Source: Tistrella bauzanensis (lineage in GTDB: Bacteria; Pseudomonadota; Alphaproteobacteria; Tistrellales; Tistrellaceae). Taken from it: a DNA stretch of 24,000 bases. The notes beneath the pieces were generated by a model. It did not search any database. It worked only from the letters and a program-made list of their open reading frames with translations, and was not told the origin of the DNA. The translations under genes were made by a program, and so were the position numbers. Positions 15,815-23,133 of this stretch are shown here, in pieces. Every line of letters starts with the position of its first letter. Positions within the stretch are counted from its first letter, which is position 1. The stretch lies in the NCBI RefSeq assembly GCF_014636235.1, contig NZ_BMDZ01000050.1, positions 18,797-42,796 on the forward strand, in the 5' to 3' direction.

Positions 15815-16471
15815 ATGGGGCCACCCGCCGCCGACGCCACAATCCCTCCCCCTCCGGCCCCACCCTTGCGCGACGAGGCGGTCTATCCGGCCACCGGCCT
15901 GCGCCCGGCCGGGTTCGCAGCGCTCGACAACGTGTTCGACGCGGCCGAGTGCGACGCGCTGATCCGGCTGTTCGAGGCGGAAGGCGGCCACAACGCCGCC
16001 CTGGTCCGGGGCGTGCAGTCCGCCGGCATCCGCCGCTCGCGGGTGCTGTGGCTGGATGGCGACACCGGCGGCGCCCCGGCGCTGGTCGCGCGCATCGACC
16101 GGCGGATGGCCGAGGCAGTGGCGGTGTTCAACCGCACCCGCTTCGGCTTCGTGCTCGACGGCTTCGACGAGGCCCTGCAGATCGCCCGCTATGACGGCGA
16201 CGATGCCGGCGGCTATATCCGCCATGTCGATCGCGGCGAGGGCCCCCGCGCCCGGCGCCGCAAGCTAGGCGTGTCGATCCAGCTGTCGGCGCCGGAAGAC
16301 TATGCCGGCGGCGATCTGGTGCTGGAACCGCAGGCGGTGCCGATCACCGGCCCTCGCCGGCGCGGCACCGCCATCGCCTTCCCATCCTATGTCGTCCACG
16401 AGGTGACACCGGTCACCCAGGGCCAGCGCTACAGCCTGGTGGCCTGGATCCATGGCCCCGGCTTCGTCTGA
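15815..16471 (+). CDS. 2OG-Fe(II) oxygenase superfamily protein (prolyl-4-hydroxylase / PKHD-like)
   Basis: The facial triad and 2OG-binding pattern are present: YIRHVD (HxD), distal His in YVVHEVTPV, and Arg in QRYSLVAWI. The gene starts 12 nt after the Asd-like stop. The N-terminus is Pro-rich. Confidence 0.8.
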   Translation: MGPPAADATIPPPPAPPLRDEAVYPATGLRPAGFAALDNVFDAAECDALIRLFEAEGGHNAALVRGVQSAGIRRSRVLWLDGDTGGAPALVARIDRRMAEAVAVFNRTRFGFVLDGFDEALQIARYDGDDAGGYIRHVDRGEGPRARRRKLGVSIQLSAPEDYAGGDLVLEPQAVPITGPRRRGTAIAFPSYVVHEVTPVTQGQRYSLVAWIHGPGFV

Positions 16472-16579
16472 CGCCGGCGGCGGCATCTCGCTTGAGCATC
16501 CCGACCGCCGGCCGGCAGAATGAATACCCCATGATGAATTGACGTCATCGATGGCTGGCTGAGGGAGGCCGCACACGCC

Positions 16580-17485
16580 ATGGACAATCGCGCCGGCGAG
16601 ATGAAGGTGGTCATCACAGCGGTCGACCAGGGCGGGTTTTCGGCCGCCGGCCGGCTGCTGGCGATGTCGCCATCGGCTGTCAGCAAGCTGGTCACGCGCC
16701 TGGAAGATCGGCTGGGCACGCGGCTGTTCGTGCGTTCCACCCGCGCCTTGCAGCTCACCGCCGAGGGCGAGGTCTATCTGGCCCATGCCCGTCGCATCCT
16801 GGCCGATATCGCCGAGGCGGAACGCGCGGTCGCGGGCGGTGCCCGGCTGGCGCCGCGCGGGCGGCTGTATGTCAGCGCCTCGGTCGCCTTCGGCGTCAGC
16901 CAGATCGTGCCGCTGGTGCCGCGGTTCATGGCGCGCTATCCGCAGGTCGAACTGGATCTGTCGCTGTCGGATGGCATCATCGATCTGGTCGATGCCCGCA
17001 CCGATGTGGCGATCCGCTCGGGCCCGCTTGGCGACAGCAGCCTGAAGGCGCGCCGCATCCTCGACAGCCCGCGGATGATCGTGGCGGCGCCCGATTATCT
17101 GGCCCGCCATGGCACGCCGCAGACCCCGGCCGATCTGGACCGGCATAACTGCCTGCGGTTCAATTTCCGCCGCAGCACCGATGACTGGCCATTCCGCGAC
17201 CCGGCCACGGGCGCCCTGTGGTCGCGGCCGGTCGGCGGCAATCTGCTGGTCAACAATGGCGCCACCATGCGCCGGCTGTGCCTGGACGGGGTGGGGCTGG
17301 CACGGCTGGGCCGGTTTCATGTCCAGCCCGATATCGATGCCGGCCGGCTGGCGGTGGTGCTCGACGACCACAATCCCGGCGATATCGAGCCGATCCACGC
17401 GCTGTATGTGGGCCATGAGCATCTGGCGGCGCGGGTGCGGGCCTTCATCGATTTTCTGGTCGAAGCCCTGCCGGTCCGCCCGTGA
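16580..17485 (+). CDS. LysR-family transcriptional regulator
   Basis: The N-terminal wHTH is MKVVITAVDQGGFSAAGRLLAMSPSAVSKLVTRLEDRLGTRLFVRSTRALQLTAEGEVY, followed by a LysR substrate-binding domain. GAGGGAGG lies upstream of the ATG. Confidence 0.9.
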   Translation: MDNRAGEMKVVITAVDQGGFSAAGRLLAMSPSAVSKLVTRLEDRLGTRLFVRSTRALQLTAEGEVYLAHARRILADIAEAERAVAGGARLAPRGRLYVSASVAFGVSQIVPLVPRFMARYPQVELDLSLSDGIIDLVDARTDVAIRSGPLGDSSLKARRILDSPRMIVAAPDYLARHGTPQTPADLDRHNCLRFNFRRSTDDWPFRDPATGALWSRPVGGNLLVNNGATMRRLCLDGVGLARLGRFHVQPDIDAGRLAVVLDDHNPGDIEPIHALYVGHEHLAARVRAFIDFLVEALPVRP

Positions 17486-18770
17486 TCTCGCGGCGCCGGG
17501 CATGACGATGGGCCAGCCATCCCAGCCCCGCCAGCACCAGCGGATAGATCAGCGATCCACCCTGAGCCAGGGCCAGGGTCACCACCAGCAGCACCGACAG
17601 CCCGGCCAGCAGGCGGCCCGCCCACAGGCCGATCCCGCTGCCATCGGCCAGCCGCAGCAGGGCGGCGGCGGCAACCCCATACAGAATCAGGAAATTCTGG
17701 CCGGCAATGGCCAGCAGGGTTTCAACCCCGGTCAGCCCGGCGGCATCGGCGGCGATCACCGCCAGCAGCACCGTCACCAGCACCAGCGCCGCCCGCATCG
17801 GCTGGCCCTGGCGCAACCCCGCCAACCCGTGGGGCAGGGTGCGGTCGCGGGCCAGCGCGAAGATCATCCGTGACACACCCCAGATCGCGGCCGCCAGATT
17901 GGCCAGAATCATCACCACCACCACAGCGGCGACCGCCCGGCCGCCGATGGCGCCGAAGCGGCCGTCCATGATCGCGGCGAACGGGGTTTCGAACCGGCCG
18001 CCAAGGTCGCGGGTCTGGGCGATCCAGGCCATCACCAGATACAGCGCCACCGCCACCGCGAAGGACAGGAACATCGCGCGCGGGAAATCGCGGCGCGGAT
18101 CACTGAACTCCTCCGACAGGTTGGAGGCGATCTCCCAGCCGGTGAAGGCGAAGAAGATCATCATGAACGGCGCCAGCGCCAGCCCCCAGTCGATCGCCTG
18201 AAGCCCGCCTTCAGGCAGCAACGGCAGGGCCGTCGGCGATGGCGGCACCAGCACGGCGCCGGTCACGGCGATCGCGCCCAGCAGCACCAGCAGCACCAGG
18301 GCCATCGCCTGATTGACCCGGGCCGCGCGTTCCGCCGACAGCAGGTTCAGCAGCAGCCCGGCCACCACCAACCCCGCCGCCCACAGATGCGGTGCGCCGC
18401 CGACAGCACCGGCGGCATAATAACCGCCGGTCAGGGCGATCGACGGCAGGCCGATCGCCACCGCCCCCAGCAGGATGAACGACACCGCCGGCGCCATCGC
18501 CGGGCCGAAGGCGCGGGCAGCGAAATGGCCGATGCCGCCGGCATCGGGGAACCGCCGCCCCAGGATGACGAACACCGCCAGCAGCGGCAGCGCCGCCAGT
18601 GCGCACAGGCCCCAGGCGATCAGGGCATGATCGCCCGCCCGGCGCACCGCCAGCCCGGGCAGGATCAGCAACCCCGCCCCCAGCACGATGTTCAGCATCA
18701 CGGCGGCACCCTTCACCGTGCCCAGGCTGCGGTGCAGGTCGGCCGGCGCGGTTTCGGTCCTGGCAGTCAT
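17445..18770 (-). CDS. APC-superfamily amino acid/polyamine-type permease
   Basis: This 441 aa protein is highly hydrophobic, with about 12 predicted TM stretches by eye. The N-terminal GTVKGAAVMLNIVLGAGLLILPG is typical of APC permeases. It is the last gene of the minus-strand cassette. Confidence 0.85.
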   Translation of the reverse strand: MTARTETAPADLHRSLGTVKGAAVMLNIVLGAGLLILPGLAVRRAGDHALIAWGLCALAALPLLAVFVILGRRFPDAGGIGHFAARAFGPAMAPAVSFILLGAVAIGLPSIALTGGYYAAGAVGGAPHLWAAGLVVAGLLLNLLSAERAARVNQAMALVLLVLLGAIAVTGAVLVPPSPTALPLLPEGGLQAIDWGLALAPFMMIFFAFTGWEIASNLSEEFSDPRRDFPRAMFLSFAVAVALYLVMAWIAQTRDLGGRFETPFAAIMDGRFGAIGGRAVAAVVVVMILANLAAAIWGVSRMIFALARDRTLPHGLAGLRQGQPMRAALVLVTVLLAVIAADAAGLTGVETLLAIAGQNFLILYGVAAAALLRLADGSGIGLWAGRLLAGLSVLLVVTLALAQGGSLIYPLVLAGLGWLAHRHARRREITGGPAGLRPENR

Positions 18771-18789
18771 GGGGCCCCCCCTGGTCTGG

Positions 18790-19116
18790 TCATGCGGCGG
18801 CGGCCGGATCCAGCGCCACGATGACCGGGGCGATCAGATATGTCACCCCGGCCGCCAGCGCCTCCGAGCCATGGCGGGTGCCGGCCGGCAGGTGGATCAC
18901 GTCTCCCGGGCCGCAGAGCCGCTCGCCGTCGGTCCAATAGAACCGCAACCCGCCATCCAGAACGACAAGTGTCTCATCCGTCGGGTGGGCGTGCCAGTCA
19001 TGGCATTTGCCGGGCTGGTCATGCTGCACCTCCACACTGCCCTGCGCCGGCATCAGCCGGCGGATCAGGGCTGGCAGCGCCGGGGGCGTGATCTGGCTGA
19101 CATGAATGCGGACCAT
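18790..19116 (-). CDS. Small single-domain metal-binding cupin
   Basis: Both canonical cupin motifs can be read directly. Motif 1, G(X)5HXH(X)3E(X)6G, is GKCHDWHAHPTDETLVVLDG. Motif 2, G(X)5PXG(X)2H, is GDVIHLPAGTRH. The start codon lies 3 nt after the stop of the upstream gene. Confidence 0.8.
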   Translation of the reverse strand: MVRIHVSQITPPALPALIRRLMPAQGSVEVQHDQPGKCHDWHAHPTDETLVVLDGGLRFYWTDGERLCGPGDVIHLPAGTRHGSEALAAGVTYLIAPVIVALDPAAAA

Positions 19117-19119
19117 GGC

Positions 19120-19896
19120 TCACACCCCCTCCGACATCCTGGCCGACGCCCTGGCGCCGGCGCGATCCTGGCCCCGAAATGGGCAGGCGGGTGCCGGGCG
19201 GTTGGCATCGTCGAGGAAATACTGCCGGTGCTCACGGATCCCGGCCGCACCATAGCGGCCCAGATCCGGCGAGGCGGGCAGCATGTCGAAGGCCGCCAGC
19301 CGACGGCGGACCTTGGCGAAGGCCATATCGGCCGCGGCATCGGTGCCAAGGATGCGGTCGAACACCCAGCGCGGCTGAAAGGTCAGCATGAAGCTGCTCG
19401 CCCGCCGGCTCTGGCGCGCGACATGGGCCGGGGTGTTGCAGACCACGAAGACCGGCTCGCCGGCGAAGCAGAATTCCCACAAGGGATCATCGGGATCGCC
19501 CGGCACATCCGCGGGCCAGGGCTGGTCGTCGATCGCGGCCAGACCGTTCAGCACCGTCCACATCCGGCGGCGATAGTCTTCGATGTCGCCCGGCACGTCG
19601 GGGCGGAAGAAGGCCACCAGCGAGGTATTGGGGCCGATGCCGCGCGCCTGGGCGATGAAGGCCCGTAGCGCCGTGCCCAACTGGCGAATGCCGTCGGGGC
19701 CGGCATCATCGATGAACACATAGCGCAACTGGTCGGCAGCGAAACCGGCAACGCCGAACACACAGGGGAACGGGCGCTGCGGACTGGCGATGGTGGCGGC
19801 AAATTCGTCGAACACCACGCGCTGCCAGGGCGCGCAGGCCTCGTCCACCCGGTCGGCCGCAATCTCGGCACGGCTCTGATATGGCATGGGGAACAT
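19120..19896 (-). CDS. YqcI/YcgG-family protein (family of the heme-dependent N-hydroxylase GntA)
   Basis: The pattern ...RPFPCVFG..., LWEFCFAGEPVFVVCNTPAHVARQSRRASSFMLTFQPRWVF, VRRRLAAFD, PDLGRYG, EHRQYFLDD and CPF matches my recollection of the YqcI/YcgG (PF08892) consensus. I take ATG 19896; the track start at 19962 is a TTG. Confidence 0.75.
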   Translation of the reverse strand: MFPMPYQSRAEIAADRVDEACAPWQRVVFDEFAATIASPQRPFPCVFGVAGFAADQLRYVFIDDAGPDGIRQLGTALRAFIAQARGIGPNTSLVAFFRPDVPGDIEDYRRRMWTVLNGLAAIDDQPWPADVPGDPDDPLWEFCFAGEPVFVVCNTPAHVARQSRRASSFMLTFQPRWVFDRILGTDAAADMAFAKVRRRLAAFDMLPASPDLGRYGAAGIREHRQYFLDDANRPAPACPFRGQDRAGARASARMSEGV

Positions 19897-20124
19897 GGGT
19901 CGCAGATCCTGCGATAAGCGGCCGGATCGCGCCGATGTCGGGCGTGATCCGGTGCGTTTCAACCATTGGCTGCAATAGCCGTCTTAACGCCTTATTAACC
20001 GCCTGTGGTGATTCTGAACCAGACTCCGAATTGAACAATTTGTACCATAATGAAAGCAAAAAGTTCTAGATGCACCCGAACTGCGTTGTTATGCCCCCGC
20101 CTTGTGCACCCAACAGATCATCCC

Positions 20125-20667
20125 ATGCCCATGCCTGATCAGGACAAAGACAGCCCACCCCCGACGACATCCGGCCCGACCAATGCGCCCGCGGCATCGG
20201 CGCGTGAACCGGCGCTGACCGATAGCGACCGTCACCTGTTGGACCTGCTGAAGGAAGACGCTCGCCGCAGCATCAGCACACTGGCCGCGATGACCGGCAC
20301 CTCGCGACCGTCGGTGAAGCGGCGTATGGACCGGCTTCAGGCGCGCGGCATCATCCGCCGCTACACAGTTGAAACAGCCCTTCCCAAACAGGGGCAGGCC
20401 GCCGGCGCCGCGCGCGGGGTTGACGCGCTGTTCACGCTGGTTGGCCGCTCGGGCCATTACGGTCCGCTGCTGGCGGCGCTGCGCCAGCGCCCGGAATGCC
20501 TCGCCGCCTGGGCGGTGACCGGCTCTCCCGACGTGTTCGTGCTGGTCCATTGCCTGTCGGTCACGGCACTGGATGCCACCCGCGCCCATATGCTCCGTCA
20601 CCCGGCGGTCAAGTCGGTCTCCACCGCCATCATCCTGGATGGCTGGCGGCGCGAGGATGGCAGGTGA
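20125..20667 (+). CDS. Lrp/AsnC-family transcriptional regulator
   Basis: The HTH region is LTDSDRHLLDLLKEDARRSISTLAAMTGTSRPSVKRRMDRLQARGIIRRYTVE, followed by a RAM/AsnC-type ligand domain (ALFTLV...AWAVTGSPDVFVLVHC...). ATG 20125 is preferred over the track start at 20050, which lies in AT-rich promoter-like DNA. Confidence 0.85.
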   Translation: MPMPDQDKDSPPPTTSGPTNAPAASAREPALTDSDRHLLDLLKEDARRSISTLAAMTGTSRPSVKRRMDRLQARGIIRRYTVETALPKQGQAAGAARGVDALFTLVGRSGHYGPLLAALRQRPECLAAWAVTGSPDVFVLVHCLSVTALDATRAHMLRHPAVKSVSTAIILDGWRREDGR

Positions 20668-21017
20668 TGGCGACCAGAAAACCCCGGCCACGTGCCGCCA
20701 CCAGCGGCCCATACAAGAGTGACGCCTTCGCCGCGATCCACGAGGTCATGGACGCCCTGTACGACGCCGGGGCGATCGACCGCAGGACCATGCGCGATTT
20801 CGATACCGCCTGCCTCGCGCCCGTGCTGCCGATGTCTCCCGACGACATCCGGGCATTGCGGGAGCGCGAGCAGATGTCTCAGCCGGTGTTCGCCCGTCAT
20901 CTGAATGTCAGCCGCAACCTGATATCCGATTGGGAACGCGGCGTGAAGAAGCCGGGCGGCCCGGCTCTGAAACTGCTGACGATCATACGGAAGAAGGGGG
21001 TTCAGGCGCTGGTGTGA
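20667..21017 (+). CDS. XRE-type HTH protein resembling YiaG/COG2944-class type II antitoxins
   Basis: MATRKP...MSPDDIRALREREQMSQPVFARHLNVSRNLISDWERGVKKPGGPALKLLTIIRKKG matches the ...iR...glSQ..FA..l.vs..tl..WE.G.r.PsG.a..LL motif of that class. The ATG at 20667 shares its A with the lrp TGA (TGATG). This is the C-terminal 116 aa of track ORF 20496..21017. Confidence 0.78.
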   Translation: MATRKPRPRAATSGPYKSDAFAAIHEVMDALYDAGAIDRRTMRDFDTACLAPVLPMSPDDIRALREREQMSQPVFARHLNVSRNLISDWERGVKKPGGPALKLLTIIRKKGVQALV

Positions 21018-21925
21018 TCATCCGGGCCACGATGGGCGTGCGACTTCATGACGTCGATGAACGCCCTGAGGGCTGCCGGCATATGCGGCTTGTTGAGATA
21101 ATACAGATGCAGGCCAGGAAACGGTTTGCACCAGTCATCGAGCATACGGATCAGGTCGCCGCGCCGCAGGTGCGGTGCCACGAGACTTTCCTCAAGATAG
21201 GCGATGCCCGCGCCCTGCACGGCGGCGGCAAGCAGCAGGTCGGTTTCGTTGGCGGAGACGATGGTGTCGACCTTTATAGTGACAGGGCCGTCGGCGCCCT
21301 CGAACTGCCAGCGCTGCAGGATGCCCGTCTCGCTCCACCGATAGGTGAGACAGGCGTGATGAACCAGATCATGGGGGATCTGGATCGGCGGACGCGCAGC
21401 GACATATGCGGGTGCCCCCACAACCGCCATGCGCAGATCGGGCGTGAGCCTGACCGCGATCATGTCCTGCTGGACCAGGCCGCCGGACCTTATGCCGGCA
21501 TCGAAGCCTTGCGCCACGATATCGGTGATGTCGTCGTCGATCACCAGATCGAGCCGCACATCAGGATAGCGGTGCGTGACGTCTGCCAGCATGGGCGCGA
21601 TCAACAGACGGGCGGCGATGCGCGGCAGGTTCACCCGCACCACGCCCCGCGGCCGGCTCTGGCGGTCACTGACGTCCTGCACGGCGGCGCCGATCTCGTC
21701 CATGGCCGGACGCAGGCGCGCGAACAATGACTGGCCGGCTTCCGTCAACGAGACACTGCGCGTTGTCCGATTGAGCAGCCGCGCGCCCAGACGCTCCTCC
21801 AGCGATCTGATCGTATGGCTGAGCGCCGATGGCGACATCGCCAGTCGCGCCGCAGCCCGTCTGAAGCTCCGCTCCTCCGCGACGCTCAGGAACGCCATGA
21901 GCTCGACATAATCTCCGCCCCTCAT
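21002..21925 (-). CDS. LysR-family transcriptional regulator
   Basis: MRGGDYVELMAFLSVAEERSFRRAAARLAMSPSALSHTIRSLEERLGARLLNRTTRSVSLTEAGQSLF is followed by a substrate-binding domain. I take ATG 21925; the track start at 21952 is a TTG. The gene is divergent from the oxidoreductase gene. Confidence 0.9.
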   Translation of the reverse strand: MRGGDYVELMAFLSVAEERSFRRAAARLAMSPSALSHTIRSLEERLGARLLNRTTRSVSLTEAGQSLFARLRPAMDEIGAAVQDVSDRQSRPRGVVRVNLPRIAARLLIAPMLADVTHRYPDVRLDLVIDDDITDIVAQGFDAGIRSGGLVQQDMIAVRLTPDLRMAVVGAPAYVAARPPIQIPHDLVHHACLTYRWSETGILQRWQFEGADGPVTIKVDTIVSANETDLLLAAAVQGAGIAYLEESLVAPHLRRGDLIRMLDDWCKPFPGLHLYYLNKPHMPAALRAFIDVMKSHAHRGPDDHTSA

Positions 21926-21960
21926 ATTGATGCCTCTGAACGCAACAACCAATGCTGATT

Positions 21961-21975
21961 ATAGCGGATTATTAT
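21961..21975. promoter_or_regulatory. Candidate LysR box (ATA-N9-TAT, containing T-N11-A) in the divergent LysR/oxidoreductase promoter region
   Basis: atagcggattattat is at 21961-21975, within an AT-rich island. GATTAT is also directly repeated 10 nt apart (21957 and 21967). This is a pattern match only. Confidence 0.25.
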
Positions 21976-22073
21976 CTACAATTGCCTGTGTCAGCGTGCT
22001 CTCCCGAAGATCAGTCAACCCGCTGCTCCCGCCAATCCGACAGGCGGGCGGTCCGCATTCGGAGAGCCTTATC

Positions 22074-23093
22074 ATGAAGACAATGCTGCGTTGGGAGATC
22101 GACGCCATCGGCCGCGACCGGCTGGCCCTGAAGGAGGCTGCGATCCCGTCACCGGGGGATCATGACATCCTCGTGAAGGTGAAGGCGGTCGCCCTGAACT
22201 ATCGCGACAAGATGGTGATCGAGAGCGGGCGGGGCCTGCCGATCAGCTTCCCCTTCACGCCGGGATCGGACCTTGCCGGAGAGGTCGTCGCGCTTGGCCC
22301 GAACGTTTCGCGTTTCACACCTGGCGACCGGGTCATCTCGACCTTCATGCCCGACTGGATCGACGGGCTTCGGCCCGGTGACGCGCGAACGCCGGCCTAC
22401 CGCACGCTTGGCGGCTATTATCCGGGCGTTCTCGCCGAATATGTCGCCATGTCGGAAGACTGGTTCGTGCGCGCCCCGGCGACCCTGAACGACGTGGAAG
22501 CGGCTACCCTGCCATGCGCTGGCGTGACCGCCTGGTTCGCCTTGATGGAACGCGCAGGCGTGCGTTCCGGCGACACCGTGCTCATCCCGAGCACCGGCGG
22601 CGTGGCCTTGTTCGGCCTGCAGATCGCCAAGGCGAACGGTGCCGAGGTCATCGTCTCCGGCGCTCTGGAGAACGGTCAGCGCGCGCGGGCGCTCGGCGCC
22701 GATCATTATATCGACAAAACGCGGGAAGATTGGGTCGAGGCGGTATACGCCGCCACCGGCGATCGCGGTGCCGACCATATCCTTGAGGTGATCGGCGGAT
22801 CGCATCTGGCCCGGTCGGTGCAGGTGGCCGCCGTGGGCGGGCATATCTGCCAGATCGGCGCGCTTGACGGCTTCGACGTCAGCGCGCCGGCCATGCCATT
22901 GATGCTGAAGGACGTCACCATTCACGGGATCGGCACGGGAAGTCGTCGTGCCTTGACGCGTCTTGTCCGCGCGGTCGACCGGACCGGGATCAAGCCGGTG
23001 ATCGATACCCGCTATCCGTTCGCGGACCTGTCGGCAGCACTCGATCATCTCGATCGGGGCCCGTTCGGCAAGGTCGTGATCGAGCTTCCCTGA
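22074..23093 (+). CDS. MDR-superfamily NAD(P)-dependent oxidoreductase (quinone oxidoreductase / zinc-type alcohol dehydrogenase-like)
   Basis: ILVKVKAVALNYRDKMV...PFTPGSDLAGEVVALGPNVSRFTPGDRV...TLPCAGVTAW...GGVALFGLQIAKANGAEVI fits the family. I take ATG 22074 (GGAGAG 8 nt upstream) rather than the track start at 21927. Confidence 0.88.
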   Translation: MKTMLRWEIDAIGRDRLALKEAAIPSPGDHDILVKVKAVALNYRDKMVIESGRGLPISFPFTPGSDLAGEVVALGPNVSRFTPGDRVISTFMPDWIDGLRPGDARTPAYRTLGGYYPGVLAEYVAMSEDWFVRAPATLNDVEAATLPCAGVTAWFALMERAGVRSGDTVLIPSTGGVALFGLQIAKANGAEVIVSGALENGQRARALGADHYIDKTREDWVEAVYAATGDRGADHILEVIGGSHLARSVQVAAVGGHICQIGALDGFDVSAPAMPLMLKDVTIHGIGTGSRRALTRLVRAVDRTGIKPVIDTRYPFADLSAALDHLDRGPFGKVVIELP

Positions 23094-23133
23094 GGCGGCC
23101 CGGCTGGAACGCGCCGATCCCGCCAGCCGCCGT

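Noticed and set aside
14648-16225. A 525-aa minus-strand ORF
   Set aside because: It is antisense to the Asd-like and 2OG oxygenase genes, has no recognisable domain, and has an antisense-type composition.
16531-16548. atgatgaattgacgtcat, with a perfect TGACGTCA palindrome, upstream of the first LysR gene, as a LysR autoregulatory box
   Set aside because: It does not fit the T-N11-A spacing, and an 8-bp palindrome alone is weak evidence. It is noted but not called as a feature.
17985-17995. A tRNA T-loop-like ggtttcgaacc
   Set aside because: It lies inside the permease coding region, and no acceptor or anticodon arms can be built around it.
19958-22000. A loose shared layout (caacca..gctg..atagc..~20 nt..gcctgtg) between the two AT-rich divergent promoter regions, 19958-20006 and 21946-21990
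   Set aside because: Identity is only moderate, spacing differs (48 vs 45 nt), and both regions are compositionally AT-biased. I cannot distinguish this from chance without a statistical alignment.
2781-23048. Other long antisense or alternative-frame ORFs: 2781..4031, 4127..5164, 5673..6914, 7011..8321, 8442..9587, 13376..14614, 16265..17503, 18688..19668, 20930..21730, 22149..23048 and many shorter ones
   Set aside because: Each overlaps a gene with clear family signatures on the other strand or frame. Their translations are dominated by R/A/G/P runs, the standard high-GC artefact.
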